DNA from: Gemmatimonadota bacterium
Lineage (GTDB): Bacteria; Gemmatimonadota; Gemmatimonadetes; Gemmatimonadales; GWC2-71-9
Assembly: GCA_036679645.1 (NCBI GenBank)
Contig: JAZDCY010000005.1
Span: forward strand, 1-15,001
DNA: 15,001 nucleotides
Direction: 5' to 3'
How positions within the stretch are numbered: the stretch's first letter is position 1; each line of letters opens with the position of its first letter. The notes under the pieces are model-generated. The model saw nothing but the letters and a program-made list of their open reading frames with translations. It had not been told where the DNA came from and searched no databases. Position numbers and translations under genes: made by a program. This document shows positions 1 to 8,700 of the stretch, in pieces.

Positions 1-123
1 CCTTCACCCCGGGCTCACGCCCCGGGGTTTGGTCGCGTGACTAAGCATCGTCTCTCATCGCCCCCTCTCATCGCCCTTAACCCCGGGCTCACGCCCGGGG
101 TTTGGTCGCGCGACCATGCATCG
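1..123. repeat. Two direct copies (1-50 and 75-123) of a ~50-bp REP-like palindromic element
   Basis: Copy 1 is CCTTCACCCCGGGCTCACGCCCCGGGGTTTGGTCGCGTGACTAAGCATCG and copy 2 is CCTTAACCCCGGGCTCACGCCCGGGGTTTGGTCGCGCGACCATGCATCG (4 substitutions, 1 indel). Copy 2 has a perfect 10-bp stem (79-88/93-102) with loop TCAC, then a 14-bp palindrome TGGTCGCGCGACCA (103-116). Between them CTCTCATCGCCC occurs twice (52-63, 65-76). The array may continue left of the window. Confidence 0.85.
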
Positions 124-2644
124 CAACTTCCATCGGTGCCGCCCCAATCCCATGCCTCGCGAAGAAGTCTTCGGCTGCGCGCCGCACGTCCGCCCATGTG
201 CCGATCACCCGTTCAGCCGGCGGCAACGATTCCAGCAACAGCCGGCCGTACGGCTTGGTCACGACCCGCCGGTCCATCAGCACCACGACACCGACGTCGG
301 TGGTCGACCGAATCAACCGCCCAAACCCTTGCTTCAGCTTCAGTGCGGCATGGGGTACCAGGTAGTGCATGAATCCATCCACGCCCTGTTCCGCCAGGCG
401 TTCCAGCCGCGCCGCGGTCATGGGCTCGGTCGGTACCTTGAACGGGAGCTTGGCCAGCACCAGCACGCGCAAGGCCTGACCCGGCACATCCACTCCTTCC
501 CAGAAACTGTCGGTGCCGAGCAGGATTGCGGAACCCGCCTCGCGAAACCGGCGTAGCAGCTGGTCGCGCGGGCCTTCTCCCTGCACCAGCAGCGGCCACC
601 GGCTTGCGACCTCGCCGCGTACCGCCGCGGCGACCCTGCGCAACGCCGCGTGGCTCGTAAACAGCACGAACATGCCTCCATCCGAAGCATGCGCCAGCTC
701 GATGATGGCTTGCGCCATGGCGCGGTCGTGCCCTGCCTGGTCGTCCCGCGGATCGCTCAGGTCGGTGGGCACACCCAACATGCACTGCTGACCGAAATCG
801 AATGGAGACGACAGCACCTCTTCAAAACGAACCGGGTCGGGCGGCAACGAGAGCCCGACGCGTTCCCGGTAGAATGTGAACTCTCCGCCGGTCGCGAGCG
901 TGGCGCTCGTGACGATCACCGTCTCGACCCGATCGAACAACGACTCGCGCAGCAACGCGGCCAGATCGAGTGGGACCGTCGCGAGCCCAATGGGGAAAGG
1001 CAGATCGCCCACCGGCCGCGATCCGCGGCGCGCGATCCAGCGCACCGTCAGTTGTCCCTGTTGCGGCCGCAAGGTCTGCAGCAACCCATCGTTCACGTTC
1101 TGCAGCCGTCGCACGACTCCCCGCAACTCCTGCACGAGTTGCGAGCGGCGGTCGGTTTCCTCGCTCAGCTCGAGCCGGTCGGCAACCGTCTCGACGCCGT
1201 CGCGCAATCGTTCGAGCACCCGAACGAGGCTGTCGAGTGCCGGCGACAGACCCTGCTCCCACACGCGATCGTGGGTGAAGTCATCGGTGATGCGCAGCTC
1301 ACCGGCGTGCTCCTCGCCAAGCCGTTCGGCGAGCAACTGGAGCACTCGCGTCGCGTGTACACGCGCCTCGCCCACGGCGGGCAGCAACGCGTCCCGCAAC
1401 AGATCGACCGATGCTCGGGTCAGGAGATCGTCTCGCCCCACCAACTCGGCAAGCAGTGTTGGAATCAGCCCTTTCCCGTTGCGCTCGAGACGCGCAAAGA
1501 GTCGCGCGATACCAAATGACGACAGTTGAATGCCCAGGTGCTGGGCTGCTGTGTCCTCGAGATGATGGCCCTCATCGAGGATCAGCCGCTTGTATGGCGG
1601 CAACACGGCCGCGTCATCCCAATTCTCCTGGACCCGACGCACGGCAATGTCGGCGGCCAGGAGATGATGATTGACCACGACTATGTCCGCCTCCGCCGCG
1701 CGGCGTCGCGCCTGGAACAGGAAGCAGCGCTCGAAGTACGGGCACTTGAGCCGTGTGCAGAGATCCGGCTCGGCGCTCACCTCGTCCCATACCTCGGAAG
1801 AGGGTTGATCGGTCAGATCTGACAGCGAGCCGTCGAGTGTGTGTTCGGCCCACGACGCAATGCGATCGAGATCGGCCTGCCGTCCCTGTTCGAGCAACGA
1901 CCCGATCGCACCTGTGGCCAGGTCGAGTCGCGACAGACAGAGGTAGTTGCGCCATCCCTTGAGCAACGCATACGTCGGCGCGCGATCGGTGGCCCGAAAA
2001 GCCCCGGCTAATAGCGGCAGGTCCTTGCCGACGAGCTGCTCCTGGAGGTTGATCGTATTGGTCGAGACGACGGTGCGTTCGCCGTTATCGATTGCCCAGC
2101 GGATTGCGGGAACGAGATAGGCAAAGGACTTGCCCACGCCGGTGCCCGCCTCGAGCAGCGATACGCCGCCGTCGTTATACGAGTCGGCGATGTACGCGGC
2201 CATGTCACGCTGACTTGGGCGGTCCTCGTATTGACCGAGCACCCGGGCCACGGGGCCATCCGCACCCAGCAGATTGGCGATGTCGAGCGCATCGAGTTTC
2301 TGGTACGTCTTGGGTTGCGGGACCTCGGTCACGACGTACAGCTCGCTCGCGTCGTTGTTGACGATCCCGAACCCAACGCCTGCGTCGTGCAACCGGGCGG
2401 CGACGGAGAGATCGGCCTGAGACGGATCGAGCAGGCCACCGGGATGGTTGTGCAGCACCATCTCCCCGCGATCGGCAACACCGGGGAGCGCGAGCACCAT
2501 TTCGACCGTCCCGCGCGCTACCGGGCGAACGGCGACGACCACTCCATCCGCATCCACGACGCCGACGAACGTCACCTCGCGCCCCCGAGCCGCGGCGATC
2601 TCCTGGGCGATCCGCTCGCGGGGTTCGGGCGCGAGGCGACTCAC
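89..2644 (-). CDS. dinG: DinG/YoaA-family (XPD-like) SF2 Fe-S DNA helicase with N-terminal RadC-like JAB/MPN domain
   Basis: 851 aa. Q-motif YEDRPSQ, Walker A EAGTGVGKS, Fe-S cysteines (NYLC...LCTRLKCPYFERC), motif II LILDEGHH, III TSATL, V WEGVDVPG, VI QGFGRLIR. N-terminus has E23 and HNHPGGLLDPSQAD (HxH-x7-S-x2-D). The GTG start overlaps the upstream stop (GTGA, 2641-2644). Symbol is family-level only. Confidence 0.93.
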   Translation of the reverse strand: MSRLAPEPRERIAQEIAAARGREVTFVGVVDADGVVVAVRPVARGTVEMVLALPGVADRGEMVLHNHPGGLLDPSQADLSVAARLHDAGVGFGIVNNDASELYVVTEVPQPKTYQKLDALDIANLLGADGPVARVLGQYEDRPSQRDMAAYIADSYNDGGVSLLEAGTGVGKSFAYLVPAIRWAIDNGERTVVSTNTINLQEQLVGKDLPLLAGAFRATDRAPTYALLKGWRNYLCLSRLDLATGAIGSLLEQGRQADLDRIASWAEHTLDGSLSDLTDQPSSEVWDEVSAEPDLCTRLKCPYFERCFLFQARRRAAEADIVVVNHHLLAADIAVRRVQENWDDAAVLPPYKRLILDEGHHLEDTAAQHLGIQLSSFGIARLFARLERNGKGLIPTLLAELVGRDDLLTRASVDLLRDALLPAVGEARVHATRVLQLLAERLGEEHAGELRITDDFTHDRVWEQGLSPALDSLVRVLERLRDGVETVADRLELSEETDRRSQLVQELRGVVRRLQNVNDGLLQTLRPQQGQLTVRWIARRGSRPVGDLPFPIGLATVPLDLAALLRESLFDRVETVIVTSATLATGGEFTFYRERVGLSLPPDPVRFEEVLSSPFDFGQQCMLGVPTDLSDPRDDQAGHDRAMAQAIIELAHASDGGMFVLFTSHAALRRVAAAVRGEVASRWPLLVQGEGPRDQLLRRFREAGSAILLGTDSFWEGVDVPGQALRVLVLAKLPFKVPTEPMTAARLERLAEQGVDGFMHYLVPHAALKLKQGFGRLIRSTTDVGVVVLMDRRVVTKPYGRLLLESLPPAERVIGTWADVRRAAEDFFARHGIGAAPMEVAMHGRATKPRA

Positions 2645-3954
2645 GTCTTCAGCTCGCGCTTCTTGGCTGCCGGAAAGAGAACGTTGTTGAGGATGAGTCG
2701 GTATCCGGGCGACGCCGGGTGCAGCGAGAGATCTGTTGGCGGGTCTCCGATTTGGTGTTGCGGGTCTTCAGGATCGTGGCCGCCAAAGAAGGTCCACGTT
2801 CCCTGCCCTAGGTCTCCGTGGATGTACTTGACCCACGGTGTGCTCTCCTCTTCCGCAAGGACCGTGACCCCGGGCTTGAGATGATCGCGCCTGAACGATG
2901 TCGTAAGGCCGTAGAAATCGGGAATCACGTCTCGGTGAGACTGCACGAGCATCGTGGGCACTGGATCGATCTTGGCCGAGAAGTTGAACAGCTTGAAGGC
3001 GCCGAGTTGCTGGCGGCGCCCGGGGTTATTCACCTGATGGCCGTCTATGTCCGAGAAGCTGGCAATGGCAGACGACTGCTCGAGAGTGGCGCCCGCAAAG
3101 GCGAATGACCGCGACCATCGCATCTGAGAACTTGCTGCCGGGTCCATCGGCGAACCGTCACTGTAGGCGGCGGCAATGTCGACGTCTTCCGCGGCCAGCG
3201 CCAGATCGATCGTCTCGGTCGCGGCGCACATCGCGAAGAGAAAGCCTCCCCGATCCACAAACCCGCGGATGCGGCGCGCGACGGCTTTCTTCAGGTCGGG
3301 CACGTGGTCGAACCCCAGTTCGCTCGCGACACCGCTGTTCATCCGCACCATCTCGCCGAGCCATGCCGTCCCGCTGTAGGTCACGAAAAACTTGGAGTAC
3401 TGCCCGGTGAAATCCTCGTGATGGAGATGCAACCAGTCGTAGTCTGCGAGCCGGCCTCGCATCACCTCCAGGTCCCACAGCTTGTCGTATTCGATCCCGG
3501 CGTACTCCAGTGCCATTGTCACCGCATCGTCCCACGGCGCCGCGTTGGGGGTGACGTAGACCGCAACATCGGGCGCCTTTTCCAAAGGCACGGCATCCAT
3601 GTTGTTTGCGGCGACCGTGCCCCGCACCGAGACTACGTTTGCCGGCGACAACTCCTCAGTCGTCACGCCCGCCAGCGCGGCGTCGCGTTGTACGCTGGCA
3701 TCGAGAGGCAGCAGAAAGCTCCCGCCCCGGTAATTCAGCAGCCACTCGCCGCGCCCGCCCCGTTTGAGAGCTCGGTAGATTACGCCGTAGGCCTTGAGAT
3801 GATTGGCCTGACGGTCATCCATGGGGAGGAGCAGCGACGCTACTGGAGGACGAGAAGGCGGGAAGGCGGGAAGGCGGGAGGGAAAAGCCATGAGGCCTCC
3901 GACCGCCATCCCGCCATACCGCCATCCCGCCTCCAGAAAGTCTCGCCGCTTCAC
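2641..3954 (-). CDS. Tat-signal protein with class-I glutamine amidotransferase-like domain (family often auto-annotated 'asparagine synthetase B')
   Basis: 437 aa. N-terminal MKRRDFL twin-arginine motif. Family signature LLPMDDRQANHLKAYG...WLLNYRGGSF...YDWLHLHHEDFTGQY recalled from Bacteroidota-type homologs. Nucleophile-elbow-like GGFLFAMCAA (C243) and GGHDPED (H393, E396). GTGA overlap at 3951-3954. Confidence 0.8.
   Translation of the reverse strand: MKRRDFLEAGWRYGGMAVGGLMAFPSRLPAFPPSRPPVASLLLPMDDRQANHLKAYGVIYRALKRGGRGEWLLNYRGGSFLLPLDASVQRDAALAGVTTEELSPANVVSVRGTVAANNMDAVPLEKAPDVAVYVTPNAAPWDDAVTMALEYAGIEYDKLWDLEVMRGRLADYDWLHLHHEDFTGQYSKFFVTYSGTAWLGEMVRMNSGVASELGFDHVPDLKKAVARRIRGFVDRGGFLFAMCAATETIDLALAAEDVDIAAAYSDGSPMDPAASSQMRWSRSFAFAGATLEQSSAIASFSDIDGHQVNNPGRRQQLGAFKLFNFSAKIDPVPTMLVQSHRDVIPDFYGLTTSFRRDHLKPGVTVLAEEESTPWVKYIHGDLGQGTWTFFGGHDPEDPQHQIGDPPTDLSLHPASPGYRLILNNVLFPAAKKRELKT
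3843..3936. repeat. Imperfect inverted repeat built from octamer arrays, inside the signal-peptide coding region
   Basis: Left arm CTGGAGG-ACGA-(GAAGGCGG)x3 (3843-3877). Right arm CCGCCATC-CCGCCATA-CCGCCATC-CCG-CCTCCAG (3903-3936). 29 of 34 positions are complementary, with one bulge and a 25-nt loop. Confidence 0.85.
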
Positions 3955-5720
3955 GATTTTGGAATTGCCCCCTGTACCTGGTCCAGCAGCCGCCGCGCCT
4001 GCGGAACGACGGCACTCTCCGGAAATGCGAGGATGAGATGCTCCAGGCGATGCACCGCCTCGTCGCTCCTCCCGGCCCGGGCCGCGAGGGCCGCGAGGGC
4101 CAAATGCGCCGCCGGCACCACCGGGCCGGTCGAATCTACGGCAATGACTTCCTCGAACAGCGGTGCTGCCTGCCCGTCGCCTTGGGCCATTGCTACGCGC
4201 GCCGCCAGTGCCAAGATATCACCCCGTCCCCCCGCACGCGGTACCGTTCGAGCCGCGGCTATGAGCGTCTTCACTGCAGACGTCGAATCGCCGCGCCGCA
4301 GCTCGAGCAGCGCCGCGCCAAGGGCCGGTAGGGAATCCGGCGCGACCCGCTGCACGAGTGCCAGCATCTCGGTCCGCGCGGTCGCATGATCCCGCGTTCC
4401 CGTGTAGGGACCCGCCTCGCGGAACCACTCGCTCGCCTCCCGCAGGTTCCCTCGATACAGCGCGACCCACCCGCGGATGGCGGCAACCGCGAGTGACGAA
4501 TCGAGGGCAAGCACGGCGTCGGCGCGGTCCAGCCGGCCGGTGCGCACCCATGCCCACGCAATCCGCGCGCGGAGGTCGGCCTGATCGTCGAGCGTGAGAC
4601 GGGAGGCCCACTCGTTGAATCGCTGCTCGGCTTCCTCGACCCGGTCGGCGTCCGCGGTGACCGCGATCAGGGTTGCCATTGCGCCACCGGCGGAAGCCGG
4701 CGCCCGCGCCGTGTCGGCGGCAATCCGTTCCAGCATCCGTTCGGCATCATGTCGGTCGCCGGCATCGGCAAACGCCCGGGCGGCATCGATGCGCGCCTGG
4801 TGCGCTGCCTGGCCCGACACGAGTCCCGCGAGCCGTTCGAGGGCATACCCGCGCACACGGGCGATTTCGGGAATCGTCGCACGGTGGGCCCGGTCGGCGA
4901 ATCGCTTGAGCAAGGTGGCCGCTCGATTCCGGTCGCGCGGCAACGAACTGTCGAGCAGCGTCCATGCCTCGCCCGGCCGGCTCCATGCGAGTAGCAGTTC
5001 CGCCGCAATCCAGCGTGCCGTGGAATCGCGTATCTCATCCCGCAGGGCGCGCAGCACCGGCTCCCGGGCGCCGGGCGGAGCCTGCCCCAAGCTCATGCCG
5101 GCAGCCTGCAGGAGCGTCTCCCTTGCCGTCGCCGCAGCGTGCCAGTGCCTGGCCGCCGAAGGCCAGTCGCCCGACACGATATCGACCTGGGCCAGCTCCT
5201 GCATCAGGGCACCGCCCCCCAAGACCCGACTCCCGCGCTCGAGAACCCGACGGGCCGCCGGGATGTCTCCGCGCTGCGCCACCGCAAACGCCCACTCGCG
5301 ATACGGGTCCTCGCGCCGTGGTGCGATCGCAATCCAGCGTTCCGAGGCGACCTCGATCTCGGCGGTCCGCCCGAGGGTTCCCAGCACGCGGAGCTGGAGC
5401 GCACGGATCTGCTGCTGTTCGCCCCCCCGTACAAGCGCGGAGTCGAGGAACGGGAGCATCTCCGGCAGCCGGCCAAGCCGCTGCAACACGCGCTCGAGGC
5501 CAAAGAGCGCAGCGGCATCGGCCGGGTTGCGACGAAGCGCCTGTTGGAACCGGGCTGCGGCATCGCCGTAGCGACCCTGCCGCTCCAGCTCCAACGCCGG
5601 ACGGAGATCGTTGCCCTGCGCGGACAGTGGCGCGGAAGCGACGAGCACGAGCGCCGCGAAGGCCGCAAGCAAACGGCGCAGCTTTCCGCGCTTCCACCCT
5701 TCTGCCCTTGGCCCCGTCAT
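3951..5720 (-). CDS. Exported tetratricopeptide-repeat (TPR) protein
   Basis: Signal peptide KLRRLLAAFAALVLVASAPLSA-Q. TPR helices such as LERQGRYGDAAARFQQALRRNPADAAALFGL. C-terminus LEHLILAFPESAVVPQARRLL is typical of BamD/CpoB-like TPR ends. The start was moved from 6125 (deep overlap with the upstream gene) to ATG 5720, which follows GGAAGG. ATG 5732 and 5756 are alternatives. Confidence 0.8.
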   Translation of the reverse strand: MTGPRAEGWKRGKLRRLLAAFAALVLVASAPLSAQGNDLRPALELERQGRYGDAAARFQQALRRNPADAAALFGLERVLQRLGRLPEMLPFLDSALVRGGEQQQIRALQLRVLGTLGRTAEIEVASERWIAIAPRREDPYREWAFAVAQRGDIPAARRVLERGSRVLGGGALMQELAQVDIVSGDWPSAARHWHAAATARETLLQAAGMSLGQAPPGAREPVLRALRDEIRDSTARWIAAELLLAWSRPGEAWTLLDSSLPRDRNRAATLLKRFADRAHRATIPEIARVRGYALERLAGLVSGQAAHQARIDAARAFADAGDRHDAERMLERIAADTARAPASAGGAMATLIAVTADADRVEEAEQRFNEWASRLTLDDQADLRARIAWAWVRTGRLDRADAVLALDSSLAVAAIRGWVALYRGNLREASEWFREAGPYTGTRDHATARTEMLALVQRVAPDSLPALGAALLELRRGDSTSAVKTLIAAARTVPRAGGRGDILALAARVAMAQGDGQAAPLFEEVIAVDSTGPVVPAAHLALAALAARAGRSDEAVHRLEHLILAFPESAVVPQARRLLDQVQGAIPKS

Positions 5721-5736
5721 CGCCCCTTCCATTCCG

Positions 5737-8700
5737 TCAGTTCTCGCGACGCGCATCGTTGAGCCGGCGGAAATAATCGAGAATGAGACGGCGCTCTTCG
5801 GGCGATAGACGTTGTAGCTCTTGCCATGTCGGATACGGGTATCGAAGCCCACGCGACCGTGGCCGTTCGGTCTGTGGCACGAGCACGTTGTCCTGTCTCC
5901 CCGTCTGACTCTGGCGTTCCTTCTGATCGTCCTCTTCCTCGCCCCGAAGGGTGCGCCCCTCGTCGAGCAGCCGACGGAACAGACGTTCCTGGCGCTCGAC
6001 CATCTGCCGGTCGAGCACACCGGCTTCCAGCTGTCGGGCCAGTTCGCGCGCCTCTTCGGCCAGCTCGCCGGCACCGCTCTGGGCGCCTTCAGCGCGCATC
6101 CGTTCCAGCTCTTCGGCCAACGCACGCTGCTGGCGCGCGAGCGCTTGCAGTTGCTGCATCAGCATCTGGCCACCCATCTGCATCAGCGGCAGCATGCCGC
6201 TCGCCTGGCCGGCCATGGCCTGTTGCTGCTGTGCAAGTTGCGCCATGCGCTCGATGGCCTCCTGGAGCCCCGAGCCCGAGGCGGACGACTGCACGTCGCC
6301 GCGACTGCGCAACAGTTGGTAGGCCACCGCGTTCAGACCCTCGATTGCCTCACCCGCATCCGCGCCCGCGGCGCGCGTGTTGGGATTCGCCTGCTGCAGC
6401 TGCCGCAGCGCCGAGGTCATCTTCTCCCGCGCCAGCCCCAGAGCGGTCCCGAGCCGAGGGGATACGAGCGCGTTCTTTCCCGCTGCGTTCTGTAAACGCT
6501 CGATCACGCGATCGACACCGTCACGCACGGCGGCCTGCGCCGAGCGAAGATCGGGACTCCCGTCACCGCGCTCCAACCGTTCCGTCAACTCGGTCTGCTG
6601 GCGTGCCAGGCCCGCAGTCTCGACCAGGGCATGGTCCATCGCCTCGAGCACTTCTTCCCGCCATTCCTGGCGCAACTGATCGCGCTGCTCGCGCAGGTCC
6701 TGCGCGATTGGCTCGAGCTGCTGCGAGGCCTCACCTCCGGCCTGCCCGGCCTGCTGCTGTTGGCCCTGTTGCGCCGCCTGCGCCGCTGCCTGCATTTGGC
6801 TCGACGCCTGCTGCGCCCTGTCCGCCGAGGAGGTCTCTCGAGGTTGCGCACCGGCCTGCTGCATTTCCTGCTCGAGTTCCTGCAACGCGCGGGCAAGGGA
6901 GTCCACCTGCTCCGCCAATTGACGTTCCTGCGCCGCCAGCGCGCTGTCCGCACGCTGTTCGACCGTGCGGTTCCACTCCTCCTGGCGCTGCGCCAGTTCC
7001 TCGGCATCGTCGGCCAGCGTCGTCATCTCCCCCTCGAGCGCCGCCCGCTCGAACAGCGTTCGACTGCGTTCCAATTCCTCCCGGAGCCGCTCCTGGGCTT
7101 CGGCAAGGCGTTCCAGCGCTTCCTGCACCGCCGACGCATCGAGGTTGCGCATGGCTTCTTCGAGCGCCCGCATGGCTTCCTCTAGCTCGGGCGTCATGGC
7201 ACGACGCAACAGGTCCTGCAGGTCGCGTAGCTGCTGGTGCCATTCAGGATCTGTGAGGCCGGCCTGCCAAGCCGCGTCGGATAGTTCCTGCAACCGTCGC
7301 TGCAACTCCTCCGCACGGCGGGCGATGGCCGTCTGCTCGTTCGCCACCTCGCCTGCGCGTTCGGCCGCGCGGAAACCGAGCTGGTCATCGCCCGGTCGGA
7401 AGCCCTGTGCGCGCTCCGGCCCGCGGTCGCGTGCGGTCGAGAGGTCTTCCGTCTCGCGCTGCACCTCACGCTGGCGTTGCGCCAACGAGTCGGCAGCGTG
7501 CGCAAGGGCGCGCGCGTCGGAACGTGCCTGCCGGCGCAACTCGGACATCGACGGCAGCCGCAACGCGAACTCCCGCGTTTCGGTCGCGTGCGGAACGGGC
7601 GCGTTGTCCACCGCCCGGACCTTGAAGTAGGCCGTATCGCCCGGAAGGAACCCGCGCTCGTTGAGATCCAGCATCCACTGCAGCACCGCCCGCTCTACTC
7701 CCGCCTCGGGAAGCGCAATCGTCTCCCGCACCGGCTCGCCTCGTGTGCCCAGCCGACTGACACGACGGCTCTCGACCTCAACGCGCGTCACGCGGTGGTC
7801 GTCTCGGACGTCGACGACGATGGGCTGGCGCAGCGACGCCGGGGCGGTCGTGTCGGCACCGGGAATGGGAACACTGAGGACCGGCGCGCTGTCCGGTACG
7901 GCAACGAGCACCAACGCCGGCGGGTCCCCCTCGAGCGCAGTCCCGTCCGCCGCCTTGACCCGCAGAATCCACGTGCCCGACCGTGTCACACGGAACGCGC
8001 CCGCGAAGCCCGTCCCATCCACATCCAGCCCAACGACCCGCTCACCCGCGGTCCACGCCACCGCGCCCACCGGAACGGTCACCCGTCCGCGAGTCACAAT
8101 CTGCGTCCCCACGGGAAGAGACAACGTGTCAGGACCGGGCGCGAGCGGCTCGTCAACCCGCTCCAGGTACTCCGGATAGCGCGCCATCAATTGGAGATCG
8201 CTCAGGAACGCGGGGACCTGCACTTTCACGCGGACCGTGTCGGAACGCCGGCCTCCCGCAGTAGCGTGGAGGAATCGGTCGCTCTCGAGCGGTCCGAGTT
8301 GGAGGACCGCCCGGCCCGCGCTGTCTAGTGACAGCCGGCGCGGCTCCCATGGTTCGCCCGTTGCGCGCACGAAGAGGGTCGCTGCACGTCGTCCCGCAGC
8401 GGTGACGGTGACTTGGACGGTATCTCCACGCCGCACCAGGCTACGACTCACGTCCAGCTCTACCGGGCCACGCGCGCGCTCGATGACCGCAAACGGATGC
8501 CAAAACGCCGCAGCATCCGTGTCCGTCCCCGCAGCCGTGAAGAACACGATGCCGGTGCCCGCGAACACCGCACTGCGCAGTACCGCGCGCCGGCGTTCGG
8601 CCCGCGCAGCGGAAAGGGCAGCGTCGCCATGCTCCGCGAGCCAGGCCGCCGTGCGCCGGTCCGCGAGTGCGGCAAGCGCTGGGCTTCCCACCGTGCGTCC

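Noticed and set aside
1..123. CRISPR array (palindromic repeats with a 74-bp period)
   Set aside because: Only two non-identical copies. The ~24-nt 'spacer' is itself a tandem duplication, there is no GAAAC-type end or cas gene, and one copy overlaps a CDS. REP-like fits better, although sequence left of the window is unseen.
2641..3954. Calling this gene asnB
   Set aside because: It lacks the N-terminal catalytic Cys of class-II GATases and the SGGLDS synthetase motif, and it has a Tat leader.
5757..6125. N-terminal extension of the 724-aa ORF 3951..6125
   Set aside because: It lies wholly within the DUF4175-like gene in another frame, has off-frame composition, and would bury the signal peptide.
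6720..6820. CTG-rich repetitive stretch as a tandem repeat or mobile element
   Set aside because: Explained by Gln/Ala low-complexity coding (QAAAQAAQQGQQQQAGQ) in the DUF4175-like coiled coil.
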